A DNA stretch of 64,000 bases. It comes from Chiloscyllium plagiosum (taxonomy: Eukaryota). The first letter of the stretch is position 1; the number at the start of each line of letters is the position of its first letter. A program made the position numbers and the translations under genes. The notes under the pieces were generated by a model that saw only the letters and a program-made list of their open reading frames with translations, had not been told where the DNA came from and ran no database searches. The stretch spans positions 48,394,077 through 48,458,076 of the forward strand of contig NC_057728.1 in the NCBI RefSeq assembly GCF_004010195.1, in the 5' to 3' direction. Shown piece after piece: positions 27,187-40,749 of the stretch.

Positions 27187-28492
27187 TAGATGCGATTGTG
27201 AAGATCACAGGTGGTGGAGGAAAAGGATCATCCATTTGATACTTATACTTGTACTGAAAATATTTAGAAATGAATCAGTCTGGTCTTCTGTAATCATGTG
27301 CTCGACAATACCATCATCTCTTTCCATTTGAATGCTTAATATTTCACTACTCATGGTTAAGAGCGTTGAAGTCCTGGTATGTTACTTGTTTAATCACTCA
27401 GCTCTGGCCATATCATGCTGCTTTAGTTCTGGCACAAACGTAATCCTGTGCTGTAGAATCACCGAAATGGCACCTCATTTCAGATGCATCACTTCTTCCA
27501 TTACTTTATAAACCTTCAGACGATAGGTCATTAACAACAATAATGTAATGTTAAATAATAATCCTTAGACAACCAAATACTTCTTTCTCTCCAACAGGCA
27601 CAGACCAGCATCACTAAGTCACCAGGTTCCAAACTCTTTACTTTGGTTTTGTAAACTGAGGAATAGCAAAGCCTACACACTTTTTCCATAGCTGTGGAAT
27701 AAAATGAATAACCCTGAATTGTTAGGTCGTGTCCAAATCTAGCTGGTTCTACAATGTCATTGGTAATAGCTGAAGAGCATTTTCACTGTAAAAGCTTTTG
27801 GTCAGGAAAGACCAGTGTTTTTTCCATTACTTCTTTACAACACAAGCAGAGGTACAAATCCACAGATATTGATAGCCTTTGGGTACTTTGCTGAGCAATT
27901 TTTCATGTGGAGGTTATTGTAGATTTACTTAACAATACAAAAATCAAAGTAGAACCCCTTTCTGGCTCACACTGCATCAACGCTCATAAGAATGAAAGAT
28001 TAGATAATGATCAGTTGTGAATGTCTCAACCCAGACTCCCTCCTCCTCAGCACATTGCTTCTGGGTTTGCTTTTATAATCTCCTTTACTATCTGGTCAAA
28101 AATCAACAAATTTAGTATAGATCATGGATTAAAACTAGAATTCTCTTGGTCCCTCGATATGGATCAACAGTACATCACAGGAATCAGATGTACAGCTCTA
28201 ATTTTAGTTGAATATCCTCAGGAGCAAGAATCCTGCCAAAATTGTCTTTTGTTGGTTTAGGTTACAGGAGGTAATTGGACCATCACTCCTTCTTATCTAT
28301 ATAAACTTGGCCAAACCAGTCACAGATCTGGGAATGAATCTGGGGCTTTTATCCCCCCATATAAATCATTGGGACATTGTAGCGCATTTACTAATAGTTT
28401 AGAAGTTTGGATTAAATGGGATATGATATGCAAGACTCCCTTTTTAAAGCAGTAAAAATAAAACTCAGAATTAAAAAAAAAACATTTCTTAC

Positions 28493-28618
28493 CATAAGGA
28501 GTCCTTCCTGCCAACGGATTTATTAGTGGGGTGGGATTGCCACTTCCTTCCCTTCTGGTTCTATCTGCTAGTACTGGAAATTCTGAGAGATCTAACCCTG
28601 TAACATTTTCACTTCCAT
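28493..28618 (-). CDS. CNOT2: CNOT2 coding exon (126 nt): (D)GSENVTGLDLSEFPVLADRTRREGSGNPTPLINPLAGRTPY(V)
   Basis: Within ORF 28320..28640; gttttag acceptor and gtaaga donor. Confidence 0.97.
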
Positions 28619-29540
28619 CTAAAACACAAAACAAATTCAACAGTATTGATTTAAAAGAAGTGAAAGGTTCACAGGTTAACTAAAAGATCTTAAAACGTTT
28701 TGTTTCAAATATACCTAATCACATTTATCTTAGTGCAGCATGCTTTAAAATACAAATAATATTGGTGCACCACTCATAGCCTAAAATGCATTGAAACAAC
28801 TTAAAACTAGACTTGATGGCAGGCACAGCCACAATACTAATCAGTGTATTGGTGAAGATGCATATGGCAGCAACTATTAAGGCTACTGGCTTCAGTTGTC
28901 ACATGGAAATTAACCAATCTGTGGATTCCAATCACTTTCAAAAATCCATAAAATTTACATGCAACTGTAATTTGACCCATTCTTTCACTATAACGAAGAG
29001 TCTCTAATTATAATAGATAATTTATTGGTTATGCACCATCGTCAAGCATGGGTAAAGACTCACATTAATATAAGTTGCAAAGAAGAAACACTCATTTTCT
29101 GTTGGTTCAACCACAGAAAAACAAAATGAAATATGTCCCGCATGTTCTCTCCTCAGTTTTTGACCAATTTAGGAGGGCAAGTATTTAAATAGGCATTAGA
29201 TCAGTACTAAGTATGTGCAAGAGGCCTAATGTTCATTTAAGAATGGATTGGTATGTCATCACACATATTTAAGAAACCCTTAACAGTGAGAGCTATAACC
29301 ACCTCAAATTTTTGCCTTCTTGCCCCTATTTCACCAGTGGAAAACACAAATCTAGAAAATGTTTGAATAATTTTGCAAAGGAGGATCAGGATATGAAATT
29401 ACATAGCTAATGATCATTTGCAGCATTCCAGAATTACATGCCCTATAATTAACCACCACAAATTATTGTTTGTGTACTAATTCATGGAATTTAAAAGTGT
29501 AATTCAATTAAACCTATTCCTATATAGGACTCTAAAACAA

Positions 29541-29935
29541 AGTTAAAAATCAAACAACACCAGGTTATGGTCCAACAGGTTTAATTGGAAGCACACTAGC
29601 TTTCGGAGCGTCGCTCCTTCAACAGGTGGTCATCCTCTGGACCCATGGTGAGGAGTCACTGATAAAACTACAAAGTGACATCAACAAATTTCATCCACCA
29701 TCAAACTCACCATGGACTACTCTCGACTATCTGTCTCATTCTTGGACACATGCATCTCCATCAAGGATGGACACCTCAGCACCACACTCTACCGCAAACC
29801 CACAGACAACCTCACAATGCTGCACTTCTCCAGCTTCCACCCAAAACATATTAAAACAGCCATCCCCTATGGACAAGCCCGACGCATACACTGGATCTGC
29901 TCAGGTGAGGAGGAACGTGACGGACACCTGGAAGA
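29541..29935. mobile_element. PLE fragment: inverted pLTR with hammerhead (minus) fused to an RT fragment (plus), 9-bp target-site duplication
   Basis: WTHGEESL...INKFHP / SVSFLDT...TTLYRKPTD...SFHPKHIKTAIPYGQA PLE RT motifs; ctaaaacaa at 29532-29540 and 29936-29944. Confidence 0.88.
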
Positions 29936-29998
29936 CTAAAACAAGGCCTACTGAAAAGCAAAATTTTGGCAATGAAACTAAAAAGATAAAAACTGTAC

Positions 29999-30078
29999 CT
30001 GTGCCATTGAAAATGTTACTTGAAAGTGAATTATTAATCCCAAAAGCCTGATTCCTGTTCATCCCAAAACCGGACATA
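29999..30078 (-). CDS. CNOT2: CNOT2 coding exon (80 nt): (S)MSGFGMNRNQAFGINNSLSSNIFNGT(D)
   Basis: Within ORF 29901..30089; ttttgcag acceptor and gtacag donor; frame continues from the previous exon. Confidence 0.96.
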
Positions 30079-31464
30079 CTGCAAAACAAAAGTCAAATAT
30101 TAAATTAAAAATACGTTACTTTCCATACCATTTTGGTACTGAAATATAGCTGATTTAGTTGAAACAGGAATTAATTTTAGTATACGATTTTTGAAGATGA
30201 GAAATATAATGAAATGTTTAAAGACTGAATACTGGCTGAATATTTTCATAATGCCTTGTAAATAAACAGACACAAATTTACATATTTTCATTAGTTAAAT
30301 TACTGATAAGTTCACAAAGGCTACAAAAAAGTACGTTAATATAAGATTAAAAATAACTCTCTGCATCCCAACTCAATGTTTTTCTACTCATCATCTTTCA
30401 TTGGTTCAAATGATTGGAATTGGATCCTAACTCTGTATTTGTCTTGTTTTCTATGAAATTAAGACCATTGGACTTTATACATATAATTATTTCAAAATGT
30501 CCCCTTTGTTTTAAGGTTAAACGGAGTAATTTAGGCAGGGGATGTAGCCTCCAACAAAACTTGTCCATATGACCTAATCATCATTAGGCAGGGCACGGGT
30601 CAAATTCTATTTAACATATGGAGCAGGTTTTTAACACCTAGACACATTAGAATGGCAGCTGTTCATGCTATACACAGTGACTCAGTCAGGCAAACAGATT
30701 TAGGGAGAAGACCAAAAACGGGGGCAGCTATGGAAAACAGATAAAAAGGAAAGCTTTTGTGTTTTAATTATCAAGCCGATATCTGGTGAGATGGAGTTCA
30801 TGTTTGAAAAGATGCAACCTGTGGATATTTAAAGACTAAGAGTCACCAGAGTCTGCCTTGTTATTTGAAGTCCAGGTGATTATGCTTAGAGCATTGAATG
30901 AAGTTACTTTTGATAAACTACCACCTGCAAATGACAACGCAAAGATATCATCATGGTGCGGCCAGAAGAAAAGATCCTGTTGAAGATTAGAGGAGCTTGG
31001 GACCTCCTGTGCAAGACTGCATCGCGGCTGAGCGAGTGCGGTGTAGCGCATAACATGGCATTTGGATTTTCATTGTGTCAGGTAATTAATGATAGGTAGT
31101 TTTTCTATGATTTGTTTAGCTACCTACTAATTAATGTTTAGGTGATGTTGATTTTAATTTGTCACAGTAAAAGTGCTGAAATATAAAATCTTGCTCTGCA
31201 GTTTTTTGTATTAGTCATTGAAAGAGCAATCTTGTTATTAAGTTTTTGGTCTCTACAAGGATCACAACAAGTTGCACAGTAAAGAAATTCAGATATTCAG
31301 CAATGATCTGATTTTAGTATTTTTTTAAAATCACATGCCAATCAAGATTCAAGTTAAGTTGATTGTGTAAAACTTGACACCAGCAGTCTCTGGTTAGGCA
31401 CATCTACAAACAGAGGTATATTTGCGAACTTCATCATTGTAAAGCAAAACAAAGAGAAGACCAA

Positions 31465-31600
31465 CTATCAGGGGAGCTTCCTGTGCAGAAACTGGCTGCC
31501 ATACTTGCTGCAATACAATAGTGGGTGTACTTAGTGATTAATTGGCTGTAAAGTGCTTTGGAACATCTGGTTTCTTTGGAAATATTTAATATAATTAACC
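31465..31600 (+). mobile_element. Deu-SINE 3' fragment
   Basis: gagcttcctgtgcagaaactggctgcc...attggctgtaaagtgctttggaacatc. Confidence 0.65.
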
Positions 31601-31789
31601 AGTTTTGCTTCAGAGACAAAAGGAAATAAGAAATAACAATTAGCAAATTGGATTGAGATGAAGCACAAACTACAGTCAGCACTAGTTCTTCACTTCCAAT
31701 TAACACCTATCAATATCCTCTCATATCTCAGTACTTTATATTCCATATCTCATTTTGAAATGCCATGCCAAGAAAATAGTGATATAATG

Positions 31790-32150
31790 AAGACATTCTT
31801 TCTCATGAGAAAGAAATATTTAAAAGTTACAGATTGCTTCAGAACCACCAGATATTTCAAAACACTTTGCAGCCAATTAATCACTTTTGAAGTGTAGCCA
31901 CTGTTGTATTGCAGGAAATACGGCAGCCAATTTGTGCACAGAAAGCTTCCATGGGCAGTAATGCCCTAATTACCAGAAAAAATTGTTTTCGTGAAGTTGA
32001 CAGAGCAATAAATATTGGTCAGGACACAGGGATAACTCCCTCACTTTTCTTCAAAATGTCTTTTACTTTTGCCTGTGATGGCAGTTGGGCTTAGATTAAC
32101 ATTGTATCCAAAAAACAAACTACTACTGACAGCATAGCACTCCCCGAATC
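31790..32150 (-). mobile_element. Deu-SINE (SacSINE1-like)
   Basis: Minus strand reads gggagttatccctgtgtcctgaccaatatttat...tgtgcacaaattggctgccgtatttcc...acacttcaaaagt, the Deu-domain motif. Confidence 0.75.
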
Positions 32151-32600
32151 ATAATTGTTATGGGCAAGAAGCGTCCATTTGGCTCATCTTGGCTATACTA
32201 GTTCAATTCCCAGTTCCAATCTTCTGCCTTTCCCTATATCCTTGCATGCCAATTCTTTCCAAACCATCATCCAACACCCTCTTGAAAGTCCCAGTTGGAC
32301 GTGTCTCCACCATACTTCCAAGCAGTGCATTCCATGCCCCGAGCTACTCACTTTTGTTCTCTCTCACATCACGCTTGCTTCACCTGCATATGACCTTAAA
32401 TCCAGCTCTCTTGTTTTTTCCCCCCTTATAGGAGAGGGAGCCACCTCTCCCTACTTCTCTCTCCAGCCCACATATGACTTGGAAAATATCTATCAAACTT
32501 CCTCTCAATCGCCTTCTCTTCAAGGAGAACATTGCCAAATCCTTCAATCTATTCTCACAATCATAGTTTCTCATTCTTGTAAATCACTTCAGTATTTTCC
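32150..32600 (-). mobile_element. CR1-type LINE 3' end
   Basis: ORF 32380..32574 ENRLKDLAMFSLKRRRLRGSLIDIF. Confidence 0.75.
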
Positions 32601-32617
32601 AATCTCTCAATCTTTCA

Positions 32618-32970
32618 AGGTAGGCCATGGCCTCATGGTTTATCGCTGAACTGTTAATCCATAGAACCAGGTAATGTTCGGGGGACCCGATTCGAAGCCC
32701 ACCACAGCAGATAGTGTAATTTCAACTGAGTAAAGCCGGAAGTAAGAGTCTAATGATGACTGTGAATCCATTGTCGATTGTTGGAAAAACCCATCTGGTT
32801 CCCTAATGTCCTTCAGGGAAGGAATCTGCCATCCCTCCATGGTCTGGCCTACGTTTGACTTCAGACCCACAGCAGTGTGGGTGACTCCTAATTGCCCTCT
32901 GGGCAATTAGGAATGTACAATAAAAGCTGGCTTGGCCAGTGACATCCTCACGCAGTGAATGAATTTTTGA
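32618..32970 (+). mobile_element. tRNA-headed bipartite SINE, best-preserved copy
   Basis: A-box-like tggcctcatgg and B-box-like gattcgaagcc; body matches the 5' region of the LINE at 41487-41772; tail matches the LINE 3' end at 45115-45180. Confidence 0.8.
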
Positions 32971-33714
32971 AAACACATCTTTCCTATAATGTGGCACCCA
33001 CCACTGTATACAATAATCCCTCAGCATTACATTGGTGCAGTCAACTTTTGTTTTAACCTTAAGTCTTGTATTGGGCCTTAAAGGCTCTGATTCAGATGCA
33101 ATGGAGCTATTTTTGATGACATGAATCATTTAAGAAAATTAATTTCTTGACACTATTATACCCAATTTTGTTGGCGGTTGATCTTTGTCAATTTGAATTG
33201 TTACCATTAAAGATAGCAATCTTGTTATTTTTCTTTACAAATATACCCATTATGTCAAATATAATTCTGCTGTGCACTGAAGGACTCTTTTGGAAAATGG
33301 TTTGCAGCATCAAGCTAATTCCTGCCAATTGTTAAAAGAATTATCTGCGCTCTTTATTTTTTCTTCAGTTTTCTTTATTTTTGAAGCATTCAACATGCAA
33401 ACTAATTAATGCTTTTCAAAAATTAAATCAATTGCTCTTAACTTCAAATAAAACTTGAGCTTGAAACACCAGTGATGCTTAATATATGCAGGGCTTGTTG
33501 TCACTTTGAAAGCTGCTGAATAATTTCCTCCAGATGCATCCAGGTCCTATACAGAAATAAGACTATAAACAAATTATGCTAATCTAGTTAAACCAATATT
33601 TACTACGTACTGCCATTTTTATTTACCTTTTCCTATAATTACATGGAATGATGTATTTGTCCAATCAGCCATAAGAGAGGAAATTATGCTTAATGAAATT
33701 ATTTTGAGTCAGCT

Positions 33715-35740
33715 CAGGAGATGTGGGTGTCGATGACAAGACCAGCATTTTTTGTCCATACGTCCATCCCTAATTGCCCTCGAAGTGGTGGTGGTGGGCT
33801 GCCATCCTGAACTGCTACGGTCCTTGGAGTTTACATACACCCAGTGCTGATGAGAAGGCAATTCCAGAGTTTTGTCCCAGAGACAGTAAAGAAACAGTAA
33901 TATTGTTCTAAATCAAGATGGAGACTTGCAGGTAATGGTGCTCCTGTGCTTCTGCTATCCCTGTACTTGGTGGTGACGGCTGTGGGTTTGGATGATGCTG
34001 GTGAGGTAGCTATGGTGAGTTACTGCAGTGCAAATTGTTGATGATGTCAGACTAATGGCAGTGTGCATCAGTGGTGATGGGAGTGAACTTGAAGGTGTCA
34101 AGGAATGTCAATCAAGTAAGCTCCTTTGGTCTGGACAGTATTTACCTTTGAGTGATGTTGGAACTCGACCCATCCAGGCAAGTTCCGTCACACTCCTGAC
34201 TTGTGTTTTGTAGATACTGGCTACACTTTGGAGAGAGCTGAACAATTTGGTGCAGAATTTTAGCCTCAGGCTTTATATGGCTGGGTCCAATTCAGTTTCT
34301 GGTCAATTAAGCCCTCAAGATATTCATAGCCAGGGATTCTGTGAAAGTAAACAAGTTGAGCTGTGGGTAAATGCACAGCAGGTATCAGTATAATGCAGAT
34401 AAGCAGGAGGATGTCACGTTGGTAGGAAAAGGACAGCAGATTATAATTTAAATTGTGATAGGTGGGGAATACTAATGTACAAAGCAACCTGGGTGTCCTT
34501 AAACACTGATTACTGAAAGCAAGCAAGCGCACAAGCAGTTAAGAGGGCATGTTGGCTTTCATTGCAAGAGGGTTTGAATACTGGAATAAGAAAATCTTAC
34601 ACCAGCTGCACAGGGTCTTGGTGAGACTACACTTAGAGTACTGTGTGCAGTTTTGGTCCCCTTACATAAGAAAAACTTTACCCCAAAGAGAGGGTGCAGC
34701 AAAGACTCACCAGACTAATTCCTGAATTGGCAGGTTTTCATGAGGATAGATTGGGTGGATTGGGCCAGTATTCATTGAATTCAGAGGAATGAGAGGATCT
34801 CATGGAAACATAAAATTCTGACAGGGATGCAAGAATTATATTTTCCCTGGCCAAGGAGTTATGGTCTCAGAATATGCAGTAAGTCATTGCTAACATAGAC
34901 AAAGATGAATTTCTTCATCCAGAAGGTGAAGAACCTATGGAATTCTTCACACTGCAGGCTGTGGAGACCAGGTCACTGAATATGTTTTAAAAAGAAACAT
35001 TTCTAAAGGCAATATGGGTACAGTATTGAGATAGAAGATGATCATAGAGAATGGCAGAGTAGGCTCGATTAGCTGAACAGCCTACTCCTCGTCTTATTTT
35101 CTATTATTCTAGATGATCAGGCTGCTGCTTGGCGAGTTTGTGAGACAGCTCTTTTGATTTTGATGTGAACACCTAAAGGTTAGAACCATAGGAAAGGTTA
35201 CAGACAAAAAGATATAAGTCAGTTCATTATATCTGCACCAACCAAAAGAACTAGCCACCTACTCTAATCAATGTTCCAACAATGAATCGATAGCTTTGCA
35301 GGTTACAGCACTTCAGGTGGAAATCCGGATACCTTTTAAAGGAATTGAGGGTTTCTGCCTCCGCCACCAAACCAGGCATCAAATTCCAGAAATAAGAATA
35401 ATAATGAGGACTTTTGCAGAATCAAAAGTGTTTGCCGATGTCGTTTCCAGTGCCTAGGTTGATGCTGAGTGATCCATCCAGTTTTCTTCCCTTGTTTATA
35501 CTTTGATACAACTGACTGGCTTGCAAGGATAGTAGATTTCCTTACCTAAAAAGGCATTAGTAAACCATACGGATTTTTATGTCAATGACAACGGTTGTAT
35601 CATTAAGCTAGCTTTCAATTTCAGATTTTATTAAAATTAAAATTTCAACATCTGTCATGATGGGATTTAAACCAAGAGACACAGAAAATTAGCGTAGGGC
35701 TCTGGATTACTAATTGCCATTATACCATCACCTCCTCGAA
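33715..35740 (-). mobile_element. Heavily deleted third copy of the tRNA-headed LINE, interrupted by a plus-strand CR1
   Basis: 3' end at 33715-34330 resembles 59800-60450; head at 35400-35740 resembles 63200-63570; endonuclease-start remnant at 35110-35185. Confidence 0.65.
34340..35110 (+). mobile_element. Degraded CR1-type LINE 3' portion
   Basis: ttggtgagactacacttagagtactgtgtgcagttttggtcccc (LVRLHLEYCVQFWSP). Confidence 0.82.
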
Positions 35741-36469
35741 AATTAAATTCATAGAAGCAAAGAATGGGTACAGCACAAAAGGTAGTCATTTGGCCCTCAA
35801 GCCAACCTTCTGCAAAAACACACCAGCTAGCAGCACTACTCTCTGCTCTCCCCAACAGCCCCGCAATTTTTTCCTTCATGTTACTAATCTAATTCCTTTT
35901 TGGAAGTACTGGTTGAATCTGCCTCAACCTCACTCTCAGGCAATGGTTCACACTCACATTATCAACTGACATCTATCATGCACAATTATTTTTGTTTCAT
36001 CTTAATTATTATCTGTTTTGTTAGCCAAAGAATTGTAGGTTGATCGCCCTATCTTTTTCTCTTGTAGCAGTAGGCTATATCCAAACCACGTGCTCTTTAA
36101 AGACAGTCACTTGCTCACAGTTTTGCCCACCAATTTTTCAATTAAATTTAACCAGACCCGATCCTTGTCACAGCTCACTAAATATAGCTATCTTCCAATT
36201 AAGTATTTTTACTCTAAATTGTCCCCTATCTTTCTCCATAGCTGGTCTAAATATTTTGAGACCACAATCACTTGAAGAACTTCACATCCCAGAAACAAAT
36301 TCAGCAATGCCTCATTCCTCATTGCATCGGAAGTGTGTTAATCAAAATGTAATCAGAAAGGCGCATTTCAAGAATTCACCTCCCCATGACTTTAAGACTA
36401 TTACTATCCCAAATTGTTTGGGTGACTCAAGTATTCTATTATTCTTGCATATCTTCATAACTTTCCTGC

Positions 36470-37530
36470 ACTTTGGGATAAATAGGAGTTTCTTTGGTTG
36501 GAGATCAGTGTTGAGAGGGGTGCTGCAGCGGTCAGTGTTGGGCATGCAACTGTTCATGATATATGTAAATGATGTGGAAGAGTAGGCAGAGTGTAACGTA
36601 TCCAAGTTTGCTGATGACAGTAAATTGAGTGGAAAGGCAAACTGTGCAAGGATGTGGAGGGTCTGCAGAGAGATTTAGATAGATTAAACGAGTGGGCAAG
36701 GGTCTAGCAGATGAAGTACAATGTTGGTAAATGTGAGGTTATCCACTTTGGAAGTAAAAATAGTAGGTCAGAGTATTATTTAAATGGTGAAAGATTGCAA
36801 TATGCTGTTGTGCAGATGTACTTAGGAGTGCTTGTACATGAGTTGCTGAAAGTTGATTTGCAGATGCAACAGATAATCAGGAAGGTAAATAGAATATTGG
36901 CTTTTATTGCTAGGGGGACTGAATTTAAGAGCACGGAGGTTCTGCTCCAATTGTACAAGGTGTTGGTGAGGCCACACCTGGAGTACTGTGCGCAGTTCTG
37001 GTCTCCTTATTTGAGTACGGATATACTGCCTTTGAGGGCAGTGCAGAGGAGGTTTGCCAGGCTAAGTCCTGAGAAGAGGGGATTACCCTCTGAGGACCAG
37101 TTAAGCTGCCTGGGACTGAACTTGCTAGAATTTAGAAGATTGAGAGGGTATCTTGAAGAAACATAACAAATTATGAAAGGGATAGATGAGATAGAGGCAG
37201 GCAAGTTGTTTCTGCTGGTGGGTGAGACATGGCCTCAAAATTAGGGGGAGTAGATTCAGGACTAAGATGAGGAGGAACTGCTATTCCCAAAGAGGAGTGA
37301 ATCCACGTAATTTTCTGCCCAAGAAAGCAGAAGAAGCAGCTTCATTTAATATATTTAAGACACAGTTGGTTGGGTTTTTGCATAGTAGGGGAACTAAGGG
37401 TTATGGGGATAACACAGATCGGAGGAGCTAAGACAATGGATAGATTAGCTGTGATCTTAATGAATGGTGAGCAGGCTTGATGGGCCAAATGGCCTACTCC
37501 TGCTTCTATTACAATGAAACTATGAAACAT
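36470..37530 (+). mobile_element. CR1-type LINE 3' portion (RT from the GVxQxSVLG and KFADD motifs to the 3' UTR)
   Basis: ORF 36711..37166; aagtttgctgatgac (KFADD); ctatgaaac tail. Confidence 0.9.
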
Positions 37531-39303
37531 TTATTATCTATATCCTTCACACTAGTTGATGGTCTGTAAATACACCTAGTTTAATGCAGCTCTTTGTTTT
37601 GTTATTCTAACCAACTACGATCTTTGACCACTCCAGGACATCCATTCTCTCCAGCACTGTGCTCTTTAACACTGCCACATCCTCTCCACTCTTTTACTTC
37701 CTTTCATTATAAAGCACTTCAGTCAGAACTTTTCCAAGCCCATTTCGGGGAGTTGTGAGCATGGAAATATGGCTCACCAAGTTGGGCTCCAGCTCAATGG
37801 GCTTTTTCTGGAAGTGGGCTAATAACAGGTCAAACAATTCAACTAATAGACCAATGGCCAATACTCCAACATATTTAAATTTTAGTAATATGCATGGCCC
37901 TCCAACTCTATCCAGAATCTGGCAAAGCTCCAGAATCAGCTGTAGAAAGTGAGAAATTAAGAGATAATCATAGGTTCATATACATGACAGCAAAAACAAA
38001 CAGTCTCAAAGACTGACAATGGTACCAAAATAGATTCGTGGAGGCATACACCTCCCATGAAGGCCCTTAGAGTTCTGGGCCTTGTTTTCAAATATTTTGT
38101 CTGCACACATTCAAAAGCACCTCAAATTGGAGATTCCCTCAAGCCTCTTTTTGCCTGGACAGTGTGCACCAGCTGCAGGACAGCTGCCTTTTTGTTCTCT
38201 TGTCAGGCTGCCCAAGTGACTCTCCTGTAATATTTAGCACTCCTACATAGGCAATGACTGGAACCTATTCATTGACTACCTCCTATAAAAGTGCAGGCTT
38301 GGAAATGGTCCCAACCTAGAAGAATTCAGCTTTTATATTCACGAATATTTACACCCAGTCCTACCCTTTTTGAAGCTAGGTCTCCACAACTGCCCTATTA
38401 TCATATTTCCAGGTGGTTATTTGCACATGTAACTTACCAGCGATGTTTAGCACACTATGTGTATTACATACGTACACAGCAAACTCTCTTCAGCCTTCTT
38501 GTATTCTTAGTCTGATTCCATGTATACTGTATTAATTCTGACTTTAGTTTTATCTGTTGCAACTAATTTTCCCTTTCAATAAAATTAGTTTAGATTGCTT
38601 TTAAAAATGTGATTAACACTTCTATAAGATACATTACACCTTTGAATCTCTTCAGTGTATGTGTAGTCTACTATAAATATGTATTTGTTGCAGACTGGAA
38701 GCATGGGCCTACTTCATTTGATCCAGTGCTTTGTGCTACAAAAGCCAAAGGGGGATGAGTAAAATGATCAGCAGCTTTGACCGGCATTCCAACAGCAAGT
38801 TGTGTGTAGAATTGCAACTAGATCAAATTTGAAACGAAATGCCTTGTATATATGGTATAAATATCCACTGCAAGAGACAATATTGGTAAGCTGCTGACGA
38901 GAATATTACTTAATTGTTTATTTTGCATATTTTGGACAAGTTCAAATGTTCTCATTTCTGTCATTGAACAGTTATTTTATAAAAGGATACCATGTATTGG
39001 ACCCAGCTGTTATTAATAGCTCTCTGACCAAATAAAGAGTTCCTCCAAAATACGCACTACCGCGTTAGGCAGTAGTGTGGGGGTAATTAGAGAAAAAAAA
39101 CACAAAAAGGAAAAGAAGAAAAAAAAAAGGAGTGTCAGAGGTTCTGAAAAAAAAAGAGTCCCTCCAGAAAAAATATTGACATAGTACATTAGTAACCAGT
39201 GGAAGTATTCAAACCTGTTTAGAATTTTAGTTTAATATATTAAAAGGACAACTGCCAATTATTTACATTTTCATCAAAACCACAGGCGATGAACAGTACT
39301 TAC

Positions 39304-39486
39304 CTGCTCACTGTAAAAGGCTGCCGGGATGGCTGCTGCTTTGGCATACATATAATGCTAGGTGAGCTTCTGTTTGGACTACCTAAACCAGAGCTGCTCA
39401 TGCTATTTGTCCTCCCTGGAATCCCAATCCCTTGTCCAACCTGGGAATGATTCATCATATTCCTAGGATTCATAGGCAATATGCTC
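39304..39486 (-). CDS. CNOT2: CNOT2 coding exon (183 nt): (R)SILPMNPRNMMNHSQVGQGIGIPGRTNSMSSSGLGSPNRSSPSIICMPKQQPSRQPFTVS(S)
   Basis: Within ORF 39300..39527; ttttttaacag acceptor and gtaagt donor; characteristic CNOT2 sequence. Confidence 0.97.
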
Positions 39487-40494
39487 CTGTTAAAAAAACA
39501 AATATTAAATAGCACTGTATCTGCCATACATATGAAAACCTAAGAACAAATTATAAAAACAGCCAACATAAAGGAAAAATTAAACATGTCATATTTTTCT
39601 GCTAAATCTCAGAATATTGACTTTCAGGTCCACATTTAAAGACAAATAATGTAAAATAATGCACTGAATCATAATTAGAGTTCTGATGGAAAGTGTGCAC
39701 TATACACTACTTTTGGAATTTTGCCATTTTTAAAAACACATGAATTTTGGTCAGTTCTATGCAGGTTTTTTATAAAGCTAATCATGATGTCAAATAGGAC
39801 AAAATGGATCAATTTTTGAGAACACATTAGACTACAATCATATGGCTAGTAGAACCCTGATGGTGTTAACTGATAAAATGATTATACTGTTGGGTTTCTG
39901 ACAGGCAGAGTAAATATATTAAGGCAATTAGCTTAATTTTGACTTCAGAAAGAAGGCTCAAGTTTTCATTTCAGAAGAATTTGAAGATCAGTTCGAGAAG
40001 ATACAATAGTTTTGAGGACGTGGGCATGGTTGAAGGAGCTGCATAAAATCACTTCTACATTGCTAAATTGCACTGAACGAGTTTAGGGGAATTAGTCACC
40101 TAACAGAAGTTTCTCAAACAGAAGTTTCTAGTCTGTGAGCTTTCAAGTCAGGGAGGTTTGGATAGAAATCTTCAAGTTGCAACAACTCAAACTTTATGGG
40201 ATCAGATTTGTGACAGGTTCATGCCAGGACTAGGAAAGGAACTGAGACACTGTCACTATAGTACAAGAAAAAGAAACTGGGGAAGTTAGTTGAGATTTAA
40301 AATGGTGAAAGCGATATTTCTCTGGGCTAAAGTCTCTGTAATGGTTAGTAAAACTTTATCTTGATGCTTCTAAATTGTCTTTAATACACAGTTTATTTCT
40401 TTTGTGCAATAAATTTATGATCCCTTATTAAAGAACATCTGCAGCCACAAATGGTCATACTTCAGTGACTAACGAACAGGGTAAAGGACTTCAA

Positions 40495-40615
40495 AAATTT
40501 AAAAATCACACCACCAGGTTCTAATCCAACAGGTTTTCAGTGCACTGCTCCTTCGTCAGGTGTTGAGAGATTTTTAACTTTATCCAACCCTGTCCAACAT
40601 TGGTACCTCCACATC
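40495..40615. mobile_element. PLE-derived mini-element (second family) with internally deleted hammerhead
   Basis: Minus strand reads cacCTGACGAaggagcagtgcactGAAAacctg; the stem III and cleavage-site segment is missing. Confidence 0.7.
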
Positions 40616-40749
40616 ATTTAAGTATGGAACCCATCAGACCAGGTTTCATTCCTCAATCAGTTATCTAGTATTACTGTCAGCTGGCAGCGTAACAGTACAT
40701 TCTTCAACATCAGCTGCTTTCATGGCAACAGCAATAATATACTTTTTTT

